A stretch of DNA of 63,919 nt, the filler included, from Reticulomyxa filosa (Eukaryota > Protista > Foraminifera): NCBI GenBank assembly GCA_000512085.1. It is 25 parts of 25 records of this genome, joined end to end, with 100 filler letters (N's around TTAATTAATTAA, not from the genome) between each part and the next. Parts side by side here need not be neighbours in the genome. Positions count along the whole stretch, not along the records: positions 34,679 to 37,235 come from ASPP01021474.1; positions 37,336 to 43,242 come from ASPP01019097.1; positions 43,343 to 44,479 come from ASPP01049694.1; positions 44,580 to 50,437 come from ASPP01027769.1; 21 more parts are not named here. One strand, given 5' to 3'. This document shows positions 36,075 to 48,221 of the stretch, one piece after another (positions within the stretch are counted from its first letter, which is position 1; every line of letters begins with the position of its first letter). A model generated the notes under the pieces. It ran no database searches and was not told the origin of the DNA. It worked only from the letters and a program-made list of their open reading frames with translations. The position numbers were made by a program, and so were the translations under genes.

Positions 36075-37151
36075 TCACTGTTTGGGTTTATTGACTTGTT
36101 TGACAACACAACCCAAATCTTCAGTGGACACCAAGATGGCCAATTGAGTTGCTCTTTGCAGTTGATCGGTTGATATAGACAAATAGTCAAATTTGCCTTG
36201 CAAATCGGTATATCCGTCTTTGTAAAACTCTGTGGTTTGATCGGTTTTGGCATAAACTTTGACATAAGCTTTTTTGACAGGTTTGTTTGTGTTTTTATTC
36301 AACACTTTCAATTGTCCGTAGTTTTCTTTGACTTGCAGCAAGAGCTGATTGTCATAAAAAGGTCTGCAGACAATGGAATTTTCAGAAATGACTTGGATGA
36401 ACAAGTTTTGGTTTTTCAAATTGGACGGAATTGCAATGTCTTGGACACCAACACGTTGTGTTTTTTCCACGTCCTTCAAGGTAACATGCAGCGCGGTAAT
36501 GGGAGCAATATAGGTAAATGCAGCTTGTTTTGCCGGATTGCTTTCTTTTTCACTGAAAAAAGGGTCTTGTGAAAACAAAATTTCCGTGTTCATCGTGTAA
36601 AAGTTGACAGTCAAGGTCTTGACAAGTTGGTACGATACTCGAATGGTTCTGTTCCAACTATCCACCTCCCATTCGATGGACGGGGTTGCTTTTGACAATT
36701 TGTCCATTTCTCGATCGCGATCACCAAAGCCATGAACTGTCTTTGTTCCTCGCACATCGCCATTACTTTCTTCTTCTCTTTGATAGTCGTCCAGTTCTCC
36801 GCGTAACAATACTTCAATGTCTTCGAACAGCTTGTTGAATCTTCTGGGCAATTGACGTTGGCGATATTTCGCACACACGTCCAAGGCAAGCGTACCAGCT
36901 TGGTCTTCGTTTTCATTGAACAGAGACATATATGCTTGGAAGTAGTCGAACACAATCTCCATTTCGGCCACGCATTTTTTTTTGTCCAGTAGCGAAAACA
37001 ACTCCATTCCTTCTTGGATACGCTCTTGCAATACTAGGCAATAGATCAGTGAGAGTTGATCCGCCACGTTCATATCTTTCACACTCAGCGACGAATAGGA
37101 AATGCGTTTCAATAACTTTTCATATTGGTTTTTGAATGCACTGTTCAGAAT
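36075..37151 (-). CDS. C-terminal exon of a large conserved protein (YVKVYAK...FYKDGYTDLxGKFDY family)
   Basis: Intact 358-codon exon after an AG at 37153-37152, ending AYVKVYAK...FYKDGYTDLQGKFDYLSISTDQL...AILVS...GCVVKQVNKPKQ. Confidence 0.8.
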   Translation of the reverse strand: MLNSAFKNQYEKLLKRISYSSLSVKDMNVADQLSLIYCLVLQERIQEGMELFSLLDKKKCVAEMEIVFDYFQAYMSLFNENEDQAGTLALDVCAKYRQRQLPRRFNKLFEDIEVLLRGELDDYQREEESNGDVRGTKTVHGFGDRDREMDKLSKATPSIEWEVDSWNRTIRVSYQLVKTLTVNFYTMNTEILFSQDPFFSEKESNPAKQAAFTYIAPITALHVTLKDVEKTQRVGVQDIAIPSNLKNQNLFIQVISENSIVCRPFYDNQLLLQVKENYGQLKVLNKNTNKPVKKAYVKVYAKTDQTTEFYKDGYTDLQGKFDYLSISTDQLQRATQLAILVSTEDLGCVVKQVNKPKQ

Positions 37152-38640
37152 CTATTCTCAGCATTTGATAAAAAAGGGGGGGGGAGGGATATAAGGTCTA
37201 TTTTTAAACACATTTAAAAAAAAAAAAAAAAAAAANNNNNNNNNNNNNNNNNNNNNNNNNNNNNNNNNNNNNNNNNNNNTTAATTAATTAANNNNNNNNN
37301 NNNNNNNNNNNNNNNNNNNNNNNNNNNNNNNNNNNTTTTTTCAAATTGGCATCCAAATCAGTGTCATACAGGTAAATAACACAGATAGAAAAATCAAATG
37401 AAAAAAAATATGTAACAAAAAAAAAGGGGAATTCTTATAAAAAGAGATGGTAAGTGGGATAAGTGATTGTATATATGATGGAATTGATTTTTAAAAATTT
37501 AAAAAAATAGTGTTGTATGGTAGCTGGCAAAGTTGAAGTAATGACAATAACATCGCAGTCAAATGAGATTCACGAGATATGTCAACAATCAGAATCTAGA
37601 ATGGGATTGTAGCTATCATTTGCAAATTCTCTTCACAACGTTGGCTCGGATACAAAATTCAACTATCAACACAAGTGGCAAATTCACTTTTCTGGTGTCT
37701 CAATTCTCAATGCAAATGATATTCAATTTCAAATGGTTTTGCAATTAGACATCAAATCGAAAAATGATGTCATTGATATCCACAATTTTACAATGATTTC
37801 CAATTCTGCAATGTTAAGTTTTTTTTCTTTTTTTTTAAAAACAAGCAACCGAACAAAAAAACGCGGATAGATCAAACGATATGCAGGAAAAAGTCGGTGC
37901 GAATATGCGTCATTGGTAAGTGGGGGGTGTGCAAACGACGATGCTGACTTTAGTACATTGCCTGACATGCTGTGATTGTTAGTACAAAATGTGAATTAAA
38001 GTACATTGTCATCACCCAATTATTAGGCTCATGCCTTTGAATTGATTGAAGCGCTATTTGCGCGAATGGATGATTGAAGCATAACGCATCTGACAAACAA
38101 GTCAGTCGTGATGCCTATCATCTTTGTGCAAAGAGGCGATCATTCAGCAAAGGCTTGATCTCAATCACACTTACACATGCAATGCAATATCTGCACTTGT
38201 GGATATCTTATTATCATTATAAATGCAATAATCTCCACACAATGTCATTACTCCTCCAAGCATTGCCACTATTCATCCAAACATTGTCTTCTATATAATA
38301 CAAATCTATCTTGAATGATCCATTATGAACAAACTAAACGTTGGCGATATAATGTGGCATTGCAAAGTTAAATTTTTTTTTTTTATTGTTGTTGCAATAA
38401 TATCAAATTCTTTTTGTTATGGCTTGTATATAGGATTACGTAAAGAGGAAACATATGGCCAAATTGTATTTGAATTGGAGGATTGCTATAATAAATGGCA
38501 TTTGATGTGGCAATCAATATAAACGGCGCATTGCAATGCTATACACCAAAGAAGGTAAATTTTTGTTTGTTTATGTCTAACTTAAGCTTCAGGTTGTGTA
38601 TCCAAAATAGAACGTCCATTGTGAAGAAAAAAAAATGAAT

Positions 38641-38847
38641 GCGGGGTAGAAACCACCTCAGTCTCCGAAAGGAGAATATCAGGTTTGTTTTATTATCTTT
38701 TTTTTGAATATATTTAACTGTTGTATGATTTGTACTATAGGTTCCTCCGTCCATCAAAGATTGTTCCATTATTCTACTCCTATCCACACACAAGAATAAA
38801 AAATGAAAAAAAATCGGGGTTGAAATCCACCCCGTCTCCGAAAGGAG
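38641..38847 (+). repeat. Two copies of a ~33-nt double-hairpin motif
   Basis: GCGGGGTAGAAACCACCTCAGTCTCCGAAAGGAG (38641) and CGGGGTTGAAATCCACCCCGTCTCCGAAAGGAG (38815). Confidence 0.7.
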
Positions 38848-39519
38848 TAAAAAAAGTATGGCTATGTCTATATTTATGTGTTTATATACTTTATCAAATA
38901 ATGTGTTTGTGTTTGTGAAGAAATATTAAATAGGAATTTCCCCCTCCAAAGAAAAAATATATATATGTACTTATCTTTATTTGGCATATCTTCTTCCCTT
39001 AAAAAAAATGAAGTGTTTGTCACCGGAAAAGGAATTCGAAATTGTAAATCGTGCTCCAATAATCCAGTTATAAATATATTTTTGTCTGGTCTAAAAATTA
39101 TAAATGTAATTTTGTGTGTATGTAGGTATCACATTCCAAAAAACGTTAAAGATGTTATGTTTGTTTTCTTGAAAGTGACTTGGGGGGGGGAAAACAATGG
39201 AAAAAAAGTAACAAGTTGGGAAAAAAAAATGGATTAATAAAAAAAGAGAGTAATAAATTAGAAAAAAAAGGGGGAAATGAATAAGAATAGAAAAAAAGTA
39301 TAATAAAAAAGAATAATGAAAAGAAAAAAGGAAAAAGAAAAAAGAAATTGAAAAAGAAAATTTGAAAAAGAAAATAGAAAAAAAAATAGAAAAAGAAAAA
39401 AGAAAGTAGAAAATAGGAAAAAAAAATAGAAATGGAAAAAAGAATTTTATAAAGGAAAATAATAATAAAAGAAAAATAATAATAAGATTATAATTGGAAT
39501 TTTATTTTTTAAATTTTTT

Positions 39520-42500
39520 TTAGTGTTGGAAATGATTGGTATCCTGTTTGAGGATAACAATAGTTAAGTATATGCTTTTTTTATTTGTGTTTGTTTAATA
39601 AAACATATTTCTAACATTATAGATATTTACATTGGACAGATGCTCAGACAACAACGACTGGTATATAATTTATATGAATACACACTTATTCGTCATTTGA
39701 AGGAAGTTTATATTGATATGCTCTCAATTTAATTTTGTATTTCAAATATAGACAATACGCATCCGACAGCATCTAGGATTCAATAATCAACATATGAGTA
39801 TTCTCAAAAAAAAAAAGAATACAATTACCAGTGATGATAATGGCACCATACAGCCAAATTAATTTGTATATTCGCTTCGAATAAATATGGCATTGTGACA
39901 ATAACATGCGATTCCAAGTCATTTCTGGATATCTTCAAACTGACAATTAATGTTATGGAGATGTCACGACGAAACAATTCAAGTCGAATTATGTATACTC
40001 AAATCTCTCAGTCGAAAGAAGAAAAAGGCCAATCAGCTGAAGTGAGTTATGAACAAGTAGATACCCTCATCTTTTTTTTAATTACTCCCAATTGATGTAC
40101 TATTTCTGCATGTATAGATTTCAAACAAAATATGTTGTCCAAGTGAACCATTGGTGATTATCAATAATTTCAGAACAGATTTGGCGACTATATCTTGGAC
40201 GAACATGAACATTCAACATCTTATCCTGGAAGCAAGTGATATTGCATAAGCCACATGAACCCCTCAAATAATATCTCTTCAAATCGTGCTTCCACGAACA
40301 ATCAATCAAATACGGCCAATCGCCAGAAAATAAATGAATCGGAATTACGCTAAGCAATCTTAGGATCGGTTCCACAAATTTATAATTGGCAAGCGAGAGG
40401 CAATCCACAGTTACATCGCCTGCTTTAAAGTGTAGCCCATATCGAGTGGTCATCGAGAATGACAAAGACAGTATGCTCTATTTGAGGGTATATGTTTGTA
40501 TCACATTTTAATTTGTTAATATGTTACTCAAAATCATGTGATAATGAACCATTTCATTGCACAGTAATTTACTGTAGATTTAGAATGAAAGAAAAAGAAA
40601 GAAGAATACAAGAAGAACAATAAAAGCAAGAATAAGAAGAAAAAGAAAAAGAGTATAAGAAAAGATAAAAAAAAAAAAAAGCAAAAATATCGGCCAATAG
40701 TCTTAGTGTATATGGATCATTTCAAGAAATATAGCAAGTGGCGATGGGTCGAGATAAGAAGGAGATAATGTTAATGAAGAAAATCAACACAACAAATCCA
40801 TAAAGGTGTTGATATATGTTTCATCAAGACAATAAGTGATTATTGATGAATTTATGGAAATGAAATATAAATTCCAATGAAATGCTATGTGCTCGCGATC
40901 ACACAACGACATTCAGATTAGCACGCATTACTTTCATTTAACTCACTCCAGATCGACAATGTGCATAATCAAGCAAACATTAATCGTTTCCATTTACATT
41001 CGTTTGTGATTATGCTATATGTGGTTCCCCAGATGCCGATACATCAAAGACTCATCGAATCATTTCCAAGATACAATTGACGTTGATTTGGTGGAAAATA
41101 TCAAAATCGTAATATACTGACAGTCAAGTAAAATTACCAGAGAATGATTTGTATTATTGCTTGGAATGCATTTGAAAGAATATTGAAGTTAAAAAAAACA
41201 TAGATTATTTGTATCTTTCTAAGCAACTTACATTAATTTGTTTGTTGTTTTTTATGTTACAACCTAGAATATGCTAAGTCCACAAGGGGGATAGGTGGTG
41301 AAACCGCAAATGAAAAAGAAGATAGTGTGCAAAAAATGCGGAAGCTGTCTTGGCGAGAATGGAGGCGTCACAATAATAAAGAAAATTTGACGTGCAAACG
41401 GTATTCAGATAATCGTAATAATATTGACAACAGCCAACAATATTACTGCGAAGACACATGAAAAGATTGGGTCTGGAAACAATATCAATCCGTCCATAAC
41501 ATCTGGGATACTATTTACACGCAATCAAACAAATTGGTAGATGTTTTCCAAGGCAATATGAGTCAAGAAAGTAATGGTTATCTCATAATACACAGACTCT
41601 CAATACGACATCGTGTCTTGTAGTAATCCAGTTCTCAGGAGTTACTATGTTTCATCAAGTATATGAACAGCCCTGCTATAGTAAATGTGAATACAATCCC
41701 ATTATTCCGCGTCGATGCAATGCTGATCTTTACCTCCATTCATGTCAGAAAACAAGCGACAGCTCAACATATTAAACAATGACTAAATCATTGTATTAAA
41801 TGTGAATTAGAACAATGCCACGAATACCACCTTCCAATCGATTGTCATTTCTATTGGCTCCGTTTTTTGTCGCTATTTTGTCATTGATACTTGAGGTGGC
41901 GTTGATGTCATGGTTTAGTCTTGGAATCACAGTTTATCAGCGTATTCTCTCTTTCTTTTTTCCTCGCTTCTTGTATTTGTTGCTGCCAAAGATGCTTTCG
42001 ATTTGGTACAATTTGTATTGCAAAGCGTGTTATTAATGCACCATCTGAAGCAAATCAAATGCACTTACCGTGGCATCAGAATGTGTACAAATAATCGGGA
42101 ATTACAACAATATACAAAATTGTGCAATGTTGTCCATACGTTTTCCTTCGGTGACAGGAAGTACTTTGCCAACAAGAACACATTGATTCGTCTTCATTAA
42201 TTTTTTTTTTTTTCTGTTTAGTTTCATTGTGTAAGTTATTGTTGGTACTGTGATCAAATGCGTTGTGCCTAATTGTTGTTGTCTGTTTTCAATAGAGTCA
42301 TACTTTTCTTTATTTGAACCAATTGATTGAAACAAGCAACTCAAATAAGGTTGAGTCAATCATTTCTTGTATTCTTCTCTATTTTCATGCAGTCTAAAAC
42401 ATCTCTCCTTTCCAATGATTTCCTCATTGGAGTTTGGTATTAATTTTTCTATCTCACTAAACTTTTGCGTTGAATAATGTTACTTGGGGAAAAAAAATAA

Positions 42501-43200
42501 ATAATCCTTTTCTTTTTAAAAATAGCAAAAAAAAAAAAAAAAGTGAAAAGATAACGAAATATAGGCTATTAATGCGATCCAAATGATTGGAAAAACATTG
42601 GGAACAAAAGAATGAACAAATGGCACGTACAATAAGTTAACATATTTCAACCAACGTATACAAAAATGACACATACAAAAAAAAAAAAAAAAAAAATGAT
42701 TAATCACCTAGAACGTGTATATTTATATAGGGCCACCAGCTAATTAAAAAAAAAAAAAACCGATAAGAGGGCATAGCAGCTATACGAGACAATAACATGG
42801 CTGTGATGTGACGATCTCAGCGCCACCAAAGTAAAGCAGGAATTGGTACGATGGATAGAAGCTGCGGCTTTATTTGCTCTACATGTGTTGGATATGTCCA
42901 CAAGTAACGATTCATGCACAGCACCCATTTCTGCAGACAATGCAAAGGAAAATCGCTCCATTGATATGTGTCGATCGCTCAGAAATATGTTCGCTCTTTG
43001 ATAGTGCTTCGCTTGCTACACAATATCTCCACCAAAGATCTCTTGCTGCTTAATCACAATTCATCCTCTTTTCTTTGCACTCTGATAACAGGTACTGCTC
43101 GGATGTTGGCTCTGTTACCTTCAATTACCAACTTTCCATTTGACGTACATCACAAATATATTGAACATGCGCACATGCACCTTTTGATTCCATTGATAAA
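39520..43200. pseudogene. Cluster of unidentifiable gene relics on both strands
   Basis: Coding-like stretches with frequent stops, e.g. QLYETITWL*CDDL...ELVRWIEAAALF on + at 42780-43140. Confidence 0.35.
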
Positions 43201-43342
43201 AAGTAAATACATGAAGGAATAAATAATAATAATAATAATAATNNNNNNNNNNNNNNNNNNNNNNNNNNNNNNNNNNNNNNNNNNNNTTAATTAATTAANN
43301 NNNNNNNNNNNNNNNNNNNNNNNNNNNNNNNNNNNNNNNNNN

Positions 43343-43818
43343 TATTTTTGTAAATCAAATTTATTCCAAATGCATAAATGATGTAAAAGCATGTTATAAA
43401 ATCTGATATTTGGATGAATATGTTTGCTTTGCACAATTTCAATAATTCGAATGATTGAATTAGGACATTTTAATTCTGAACATCTTTTAATAGCTGCAGA
43501 ATAAATAATAATGTCTTGAAACGAACTCTCATTGAGATATTGAATAATCTCTTTATCAGATTCTATTTTTTGGATTAATGATTGTTCATATCTTGATTCA
43601 GGGGATGTTGTTGTTTTTGATAATACATCCTGTTGTCCCTTTGTCTTTTTTTTGTATTGAGTCATTTGACGCTGTTCCTTCAATCTGACTTGATGTGTGT
43701 TGGGTTGATGAAGTCGTCTGATGAGAATGCAAGGAATGAGGTTCCAGATTGGTCTCTTGTTTATCTTTTTTTGTCTAAAACCGGCTCTTCTGAGAGTTGC
43801 GCTCATCATTGTTATCAT
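43343..43818 (-). CDS. Pentatricopeptide-repeat protein, 5' part, basic N-terminus (possible mitochondrial presequence)
   Basis: DIIIYSAAIKRC and IHPNIRFYNMLLHHL are PPR-type motifs 35 aa apart. Confidence 0.7.
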
Positions 43819-44837
43819 TTTTCTTTAATGATCAATTCAAAACTTGATAATTCTTTTTAATAAAAAAGTTCAAGTTTAATTTTTGGTTGAAGTGAATTGA
43901 AGTTGATATGCATAATTGTTTATTTTATGACAATTTAGTGAATAGTTGAACTGTAATTTGATGATTCTGAATTATCAACGTCCTTTTAAAAAAAACATAG
44001 TGTTCAATTTTAATGTTTGAAAAAAGAAAAACAAGAGATTTTGAATGTAAATAACGGTAATTAGTTTTTTTGTAAAATACATGCTCAAAAAAAAAAAAAA
44101 AAAAGAAAATTACAAAAATAAGAAACATGTTCTTCAACAAAAATCTGCTTCAAATACTGTCGAGTTATCTCCTTTTTTTTTTTTTTTTGTGTTATCACTT
44201 CATGTAATAATTTCTGCAAACTTGCTGTTTCTTAACACTTTTACATGTATTTTTAAGTTTTACAATAATGTATCAATTTTATATTTTTTGCTTGGCTGAC
44301 CTAAGTAAATTACTTTTTAGAGAATTGAAAATTTTGTAATTATTTCTCAACAAATCAATGAATTTCTTGTTTTGAAAGTATTTTTGTGCTTTCATAGATT
44401 TATTACAAATCGTATTTGAATGAGTAAAGAAAAAGCTATGTATTTTACCACAAAGGCAATATCATTTGAATCTTGTTTANNNNNNNNNNNNNNNNNNNNN
44501 NNNNNNNNNNNNNNNNNNNNNNNTTAATTAATTAANNNNNNNNNNNNNNNNNNNNNNNNNNNNNNNNNNNNNNNNNNNNGACTTTTCTTCCTTAAAATCA
44601 AATATCACTTCCAAAAAACTGTAAATCTAACAAAAAAAACATTTGTTTAGGTTTTTGGTTGGTAATACCAGTATAAAATTAAATATTGATCAGATAGCTT
44701 CCAGATTACATTTTTACTTTGTATGATATGGTTAAAGAATGATTCTATTTAGTGGCACAATTAAGCATAATACCTTTGATTCAAAAGTGAAAGCCCGCAA
44801 CAAAACTTTGTTCAAGAACCGAGCACTTTCATTAACA

Positions 44838-47116
44838 ATGGCCAATTCTTCACATGATTGGATATGCCCTAATTGTGCCACGCGCAATCCTGAAGCTTCC
44901 AGTCATTGTGAACATTGCGAATCAAAGTAAATGCAACATATGGCAAAAAAAAAAAGCAAACGAGAAACACATAACAACTTAATATTAACAAAAAAAAAGA
45001 CTTTCGAATTTAAATATGTGCCCTCAATGTGCCTTTGTGAGCTCAGAAGGCGCAGAAATATGCGAAGTTCCGGCAGATTTGCAAAATTGATTAAACAAAA
45101 CCAAAACAAAATAAATAAATAAAACAAAACAAAATAAAAAACAACTAAAAAACTTGAAAGATGTGCAATGGACTATTGCATGCGCCAGAAGATGAAACTA
45201 TGTTAAAAGATCAACACAAATCCATTACTGAAAAATCAGACATTAACGACGTTGTAAATGTGTCTCCAGTTAAATATTTTTATTTTTTTTTAAAAAAAAA
45301 ATAAATTGAAAAGAATAGGAGGAAAAGAGAGGAAATGTTCAAAAGCGTTATAAAGGATAGATTGATTATATGACAACAACAAAAAAAAAAAAAGGCAAAG
45401 CCAAAGGAGCAAAGCAGATGGTCGATATCTCGACTTTTCAAAAAAGACAAGGAGAACTCGAGCACAGCGAAACGAGCGACTAGTAACGTAAGCGCAGTCC
45501 AAGACAAAAAAAAAAAGACGAATAGTCGTTTGGTGCAAACGAACAGACTAAAGTCTGCCAAGCACAGCAATGACGAGGAATCCAAAAGCACTTCAATGTT
45601 TGTGGATGTGAAGGAGATTGTGGAGAAAGACGGTTTGTTTGTTGTGTGTTGTGTTGTTTTTTTTTTTAATAAACAATTTGCTATTATTTGTGATCAATAA
45701 TGTTGTATACGTACAATCGTATTTGTAACAACAACAAACTCAAATCAAATAAACAATACAAAAAAAAAATAAAAAATAAAAAAGCAAGCGATCATGAACG
45801 CATTGCAAAAGAGCAAAAAGAAGTAACAGACTTGTTTGACATGCTGGGAGTTGTATATTACTTTTCATCGAACAAAGCATACAACCTTTCGTCCATTAAT
45901 GTCGATTTCTTGGAACGTATGAGGAAGTACGCACCGTCACGAAAGAGTGAAGACGAAAAAACCGAGGGATTTGATGCCTGTCAAGTTTGCTTCTCAACAT
46001 TTGATCAAGTTAATATTTATTATTACCTTTTTTAAAAAAAAAAAAAATAGGAAATGATAAATATGAATAAATGAGATTAGTTTTTATATCATTGGAAAAA
46101 ATTATAAAAAAAGTATATGTATATGTATACGTATATAAATGTGAACATGCCAATATTCGAGGGATGGATAGAAGCAGTGCAAACTAGTTCAAATGCAAGA
46201 ACACTGCAATCATGCGATAATTTGTGAAGAGTGTTTTAAGCGTTATTTGCAATCGAAAATCAAAGACGAAGATGTTCTTCCGTGGCTTTGCTGTCCAACA
46301 CCAAACTGCTTTCAACCCATTTTCTCTCAGTTGTTATGTGCGACTTTAGAAAAAGAAGTTTAAGTTTTATTATTATTATTATTATTGTTTATTTCTTGTA
46401 ATAAATTTTAACACGTAAAAACGAATTTTATCTTGCACTATTCCATAAATTTATATATGTGCATATAACCTATACATGTATTGCGCATACACATACCTGT
46501 GCAAATCACGTAATACAAAAATTAGGACTTGAGCAAGTTTGCAAAAAGCTTTCTTTTGAAACACTTGACAAGAAATCCAAATTGGATAAAATGCAAAAAT
46601 ACGAAAGATTGTCAATATGGGTTTGTCTTGTTCAAAGAAGAAAAAGATGAAATACAAAAAAAATGCGAGTGTTGCGAACTCGTGCAAACGGTGAGTCGAA
46701 ATCCGATCAAATCGGATCAAGGATTTCAAGAGCTGTTGAAGTCGGGCGTATTACGACTTTGCCCGAAATGTCAGTTCCCAACGATGAAAGATAAAGGACT
46801 GTGCAATGTCATGCAGTGTGGACAATGTGGCATCTGGTGGAATTGGAGGACTTATGAATTTGGTAACAGCTCACGAGACCTCAAAAATAAAGCACGCTCT
46901 TATGGCACTTTATGGTTTAGTCAATTAGTTTTTGTTCATTTTTGCGGGCTAAGTAAAAACTAAAAGATGTACAATTCCTAACACGCACACATCCACAGGG
47001 AGCCAGGTGAGTTGGAGTATCAACAAGGGCTACAAAGAGAAAAGCCTGAAGAGTTTAAAAAATTGCTTGAGAGAAATGGGATACCATATGATCCCAATTA
47101 CGTTCGTGGTACGTAA
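44838..47116 (+). CDS. RBR-type E3 ubiquitin ligase with N-terminal RanBP2-type zinc finger, multi-exon
   Basis: WICPNCATRNPEASSHCEHC; RING1 CQVC...CNHAIICEECFKRYL...CPTPNC; IBR-like WIKC...C; RING2 CPKC...KDKGLCNVMQCGQC; stop at 47114-47116. Confidence 0.85.
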
Positions 47117-47516
47117 GATGAGCAAGCCTAATTTACATCCATATGTAGCGGTTTAAGTTTCATTTGTTTGAGGATTTTAAAAAAAATGATAATGGTTGAG
47201 GGAGCGAGTGAAAAAATATTGTAAGATGGTAAATTGGGCTGTTGTCGTTCAATTAGTAAAAATACAAGTTTCATAAAGTTCTCTTTTCTATTTCGAACAC
47301 GAGTGTTCCACAAAAAAACCTCAATAATTTTCAGCGAAGTATTTTGCTTGGTTGGGATGTCTGCAAAATTTTAAAATACTAATGAAAAGGAATAATCTTT
47401 TAGCATATTCTGAGTTACACACAAATGTGAGAGAAAAGAAAATTCCTCAATTAAAAATGAGTTTATTTTCTGATTTAAACCAAAAAAAAAAAGAAAGGAA
47501 CAGAAAAGAGGGAAAT

Positions 47517-48221
47517 TTATCCTCCGTTCAAGTAAGACATGACAATTCTGTGAGGACTCCAATAGACATCTTTGGAGTTTGCCCAATAACCACTACGACC
47601 AAATTGTTTTTCGATAGCGCTCGAATTTTCAAAAGGATAAGGTTCAAGGGCATCGTAGACATGGAAGAAGCCAGGAGTAAACTTTGGACGCGCTGGTGTC
47701 CATTCAGGTGTGACGATAGGATATCCAAATATTCCTGCTCGTCCAAATGCTTCTCCAATGGCCCAAAAACTTATGAAATTTAATGCCCAAAGGGCACCGT
47801 GGGCGAGGTCATGACCTGTCCACGTGAACGGTTGTCTTAAACGCTCTTTGATGAAAGCCCATTCACATTTGGCTGCACGAGTAACTGCTTTACGTGAGTA
47901 CCAACGTCGTGCCCAATACTCTGCGCGATACACCCAGATTTGATTTCTCAACACTCGCAATGGTGTTCTTTGCGCATCCACACGCATTGCTATATGTTTC
48001 AACCAGTCATATCTCCAACGCGCCGCCAAAAAGGTCAACAATGTCGGTGCCTCGTCATATGTGGAATAACGAGATGGAAATACCAACTGCCCGTACCCAC
48101 GGTTCCAGGCCATGTCCATGAACTTTTCTGCATATTTAGTGTTCAGCGCCCCCCATTTACCCCAGTAAGGCGCTTTCGCTGTTGCTTTCTCAATCGCACG
48201 TTTACTTGCGGGAGAGCTCAT
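47517..48221 (-). CDS. ATP20: Mitochondrial ATP synthase subunit g, extended
   Basis: Intronless 234-aa ORF with one TM ending FWAIGEAFGRAGIFGY, the subunit g signature W/FxxGExxGRxxxxGY. Confidence 0.7.
   Translation of the reverse strand: MSSPASKRAIEKATAKAPYWGKWGALNTKYAEKFMDMAWNRGYGQLVFPSRYSTYDEAPTLLTFLAARWRYDWLKHIAMRVDAQRTPLRVLRNQIWVYRAEYWARRWYSRKAVTRAAKCEWAFIKERLRQPFTWTGHDLAHGALWALNFISFWAIGEAFGRAGIFGYPIVTPEWTPARPKFTPGFFHVYDALEPYPFENSSAIEKQFGRSGYWANSKDVYWSPHRIVMSYLNGG

Noticed and set aside
39235-39490. Long A/G-rich tract as Lys/Glu-coding sequence
   Set aside because: Frequent stops; simple low-complexity sequence.
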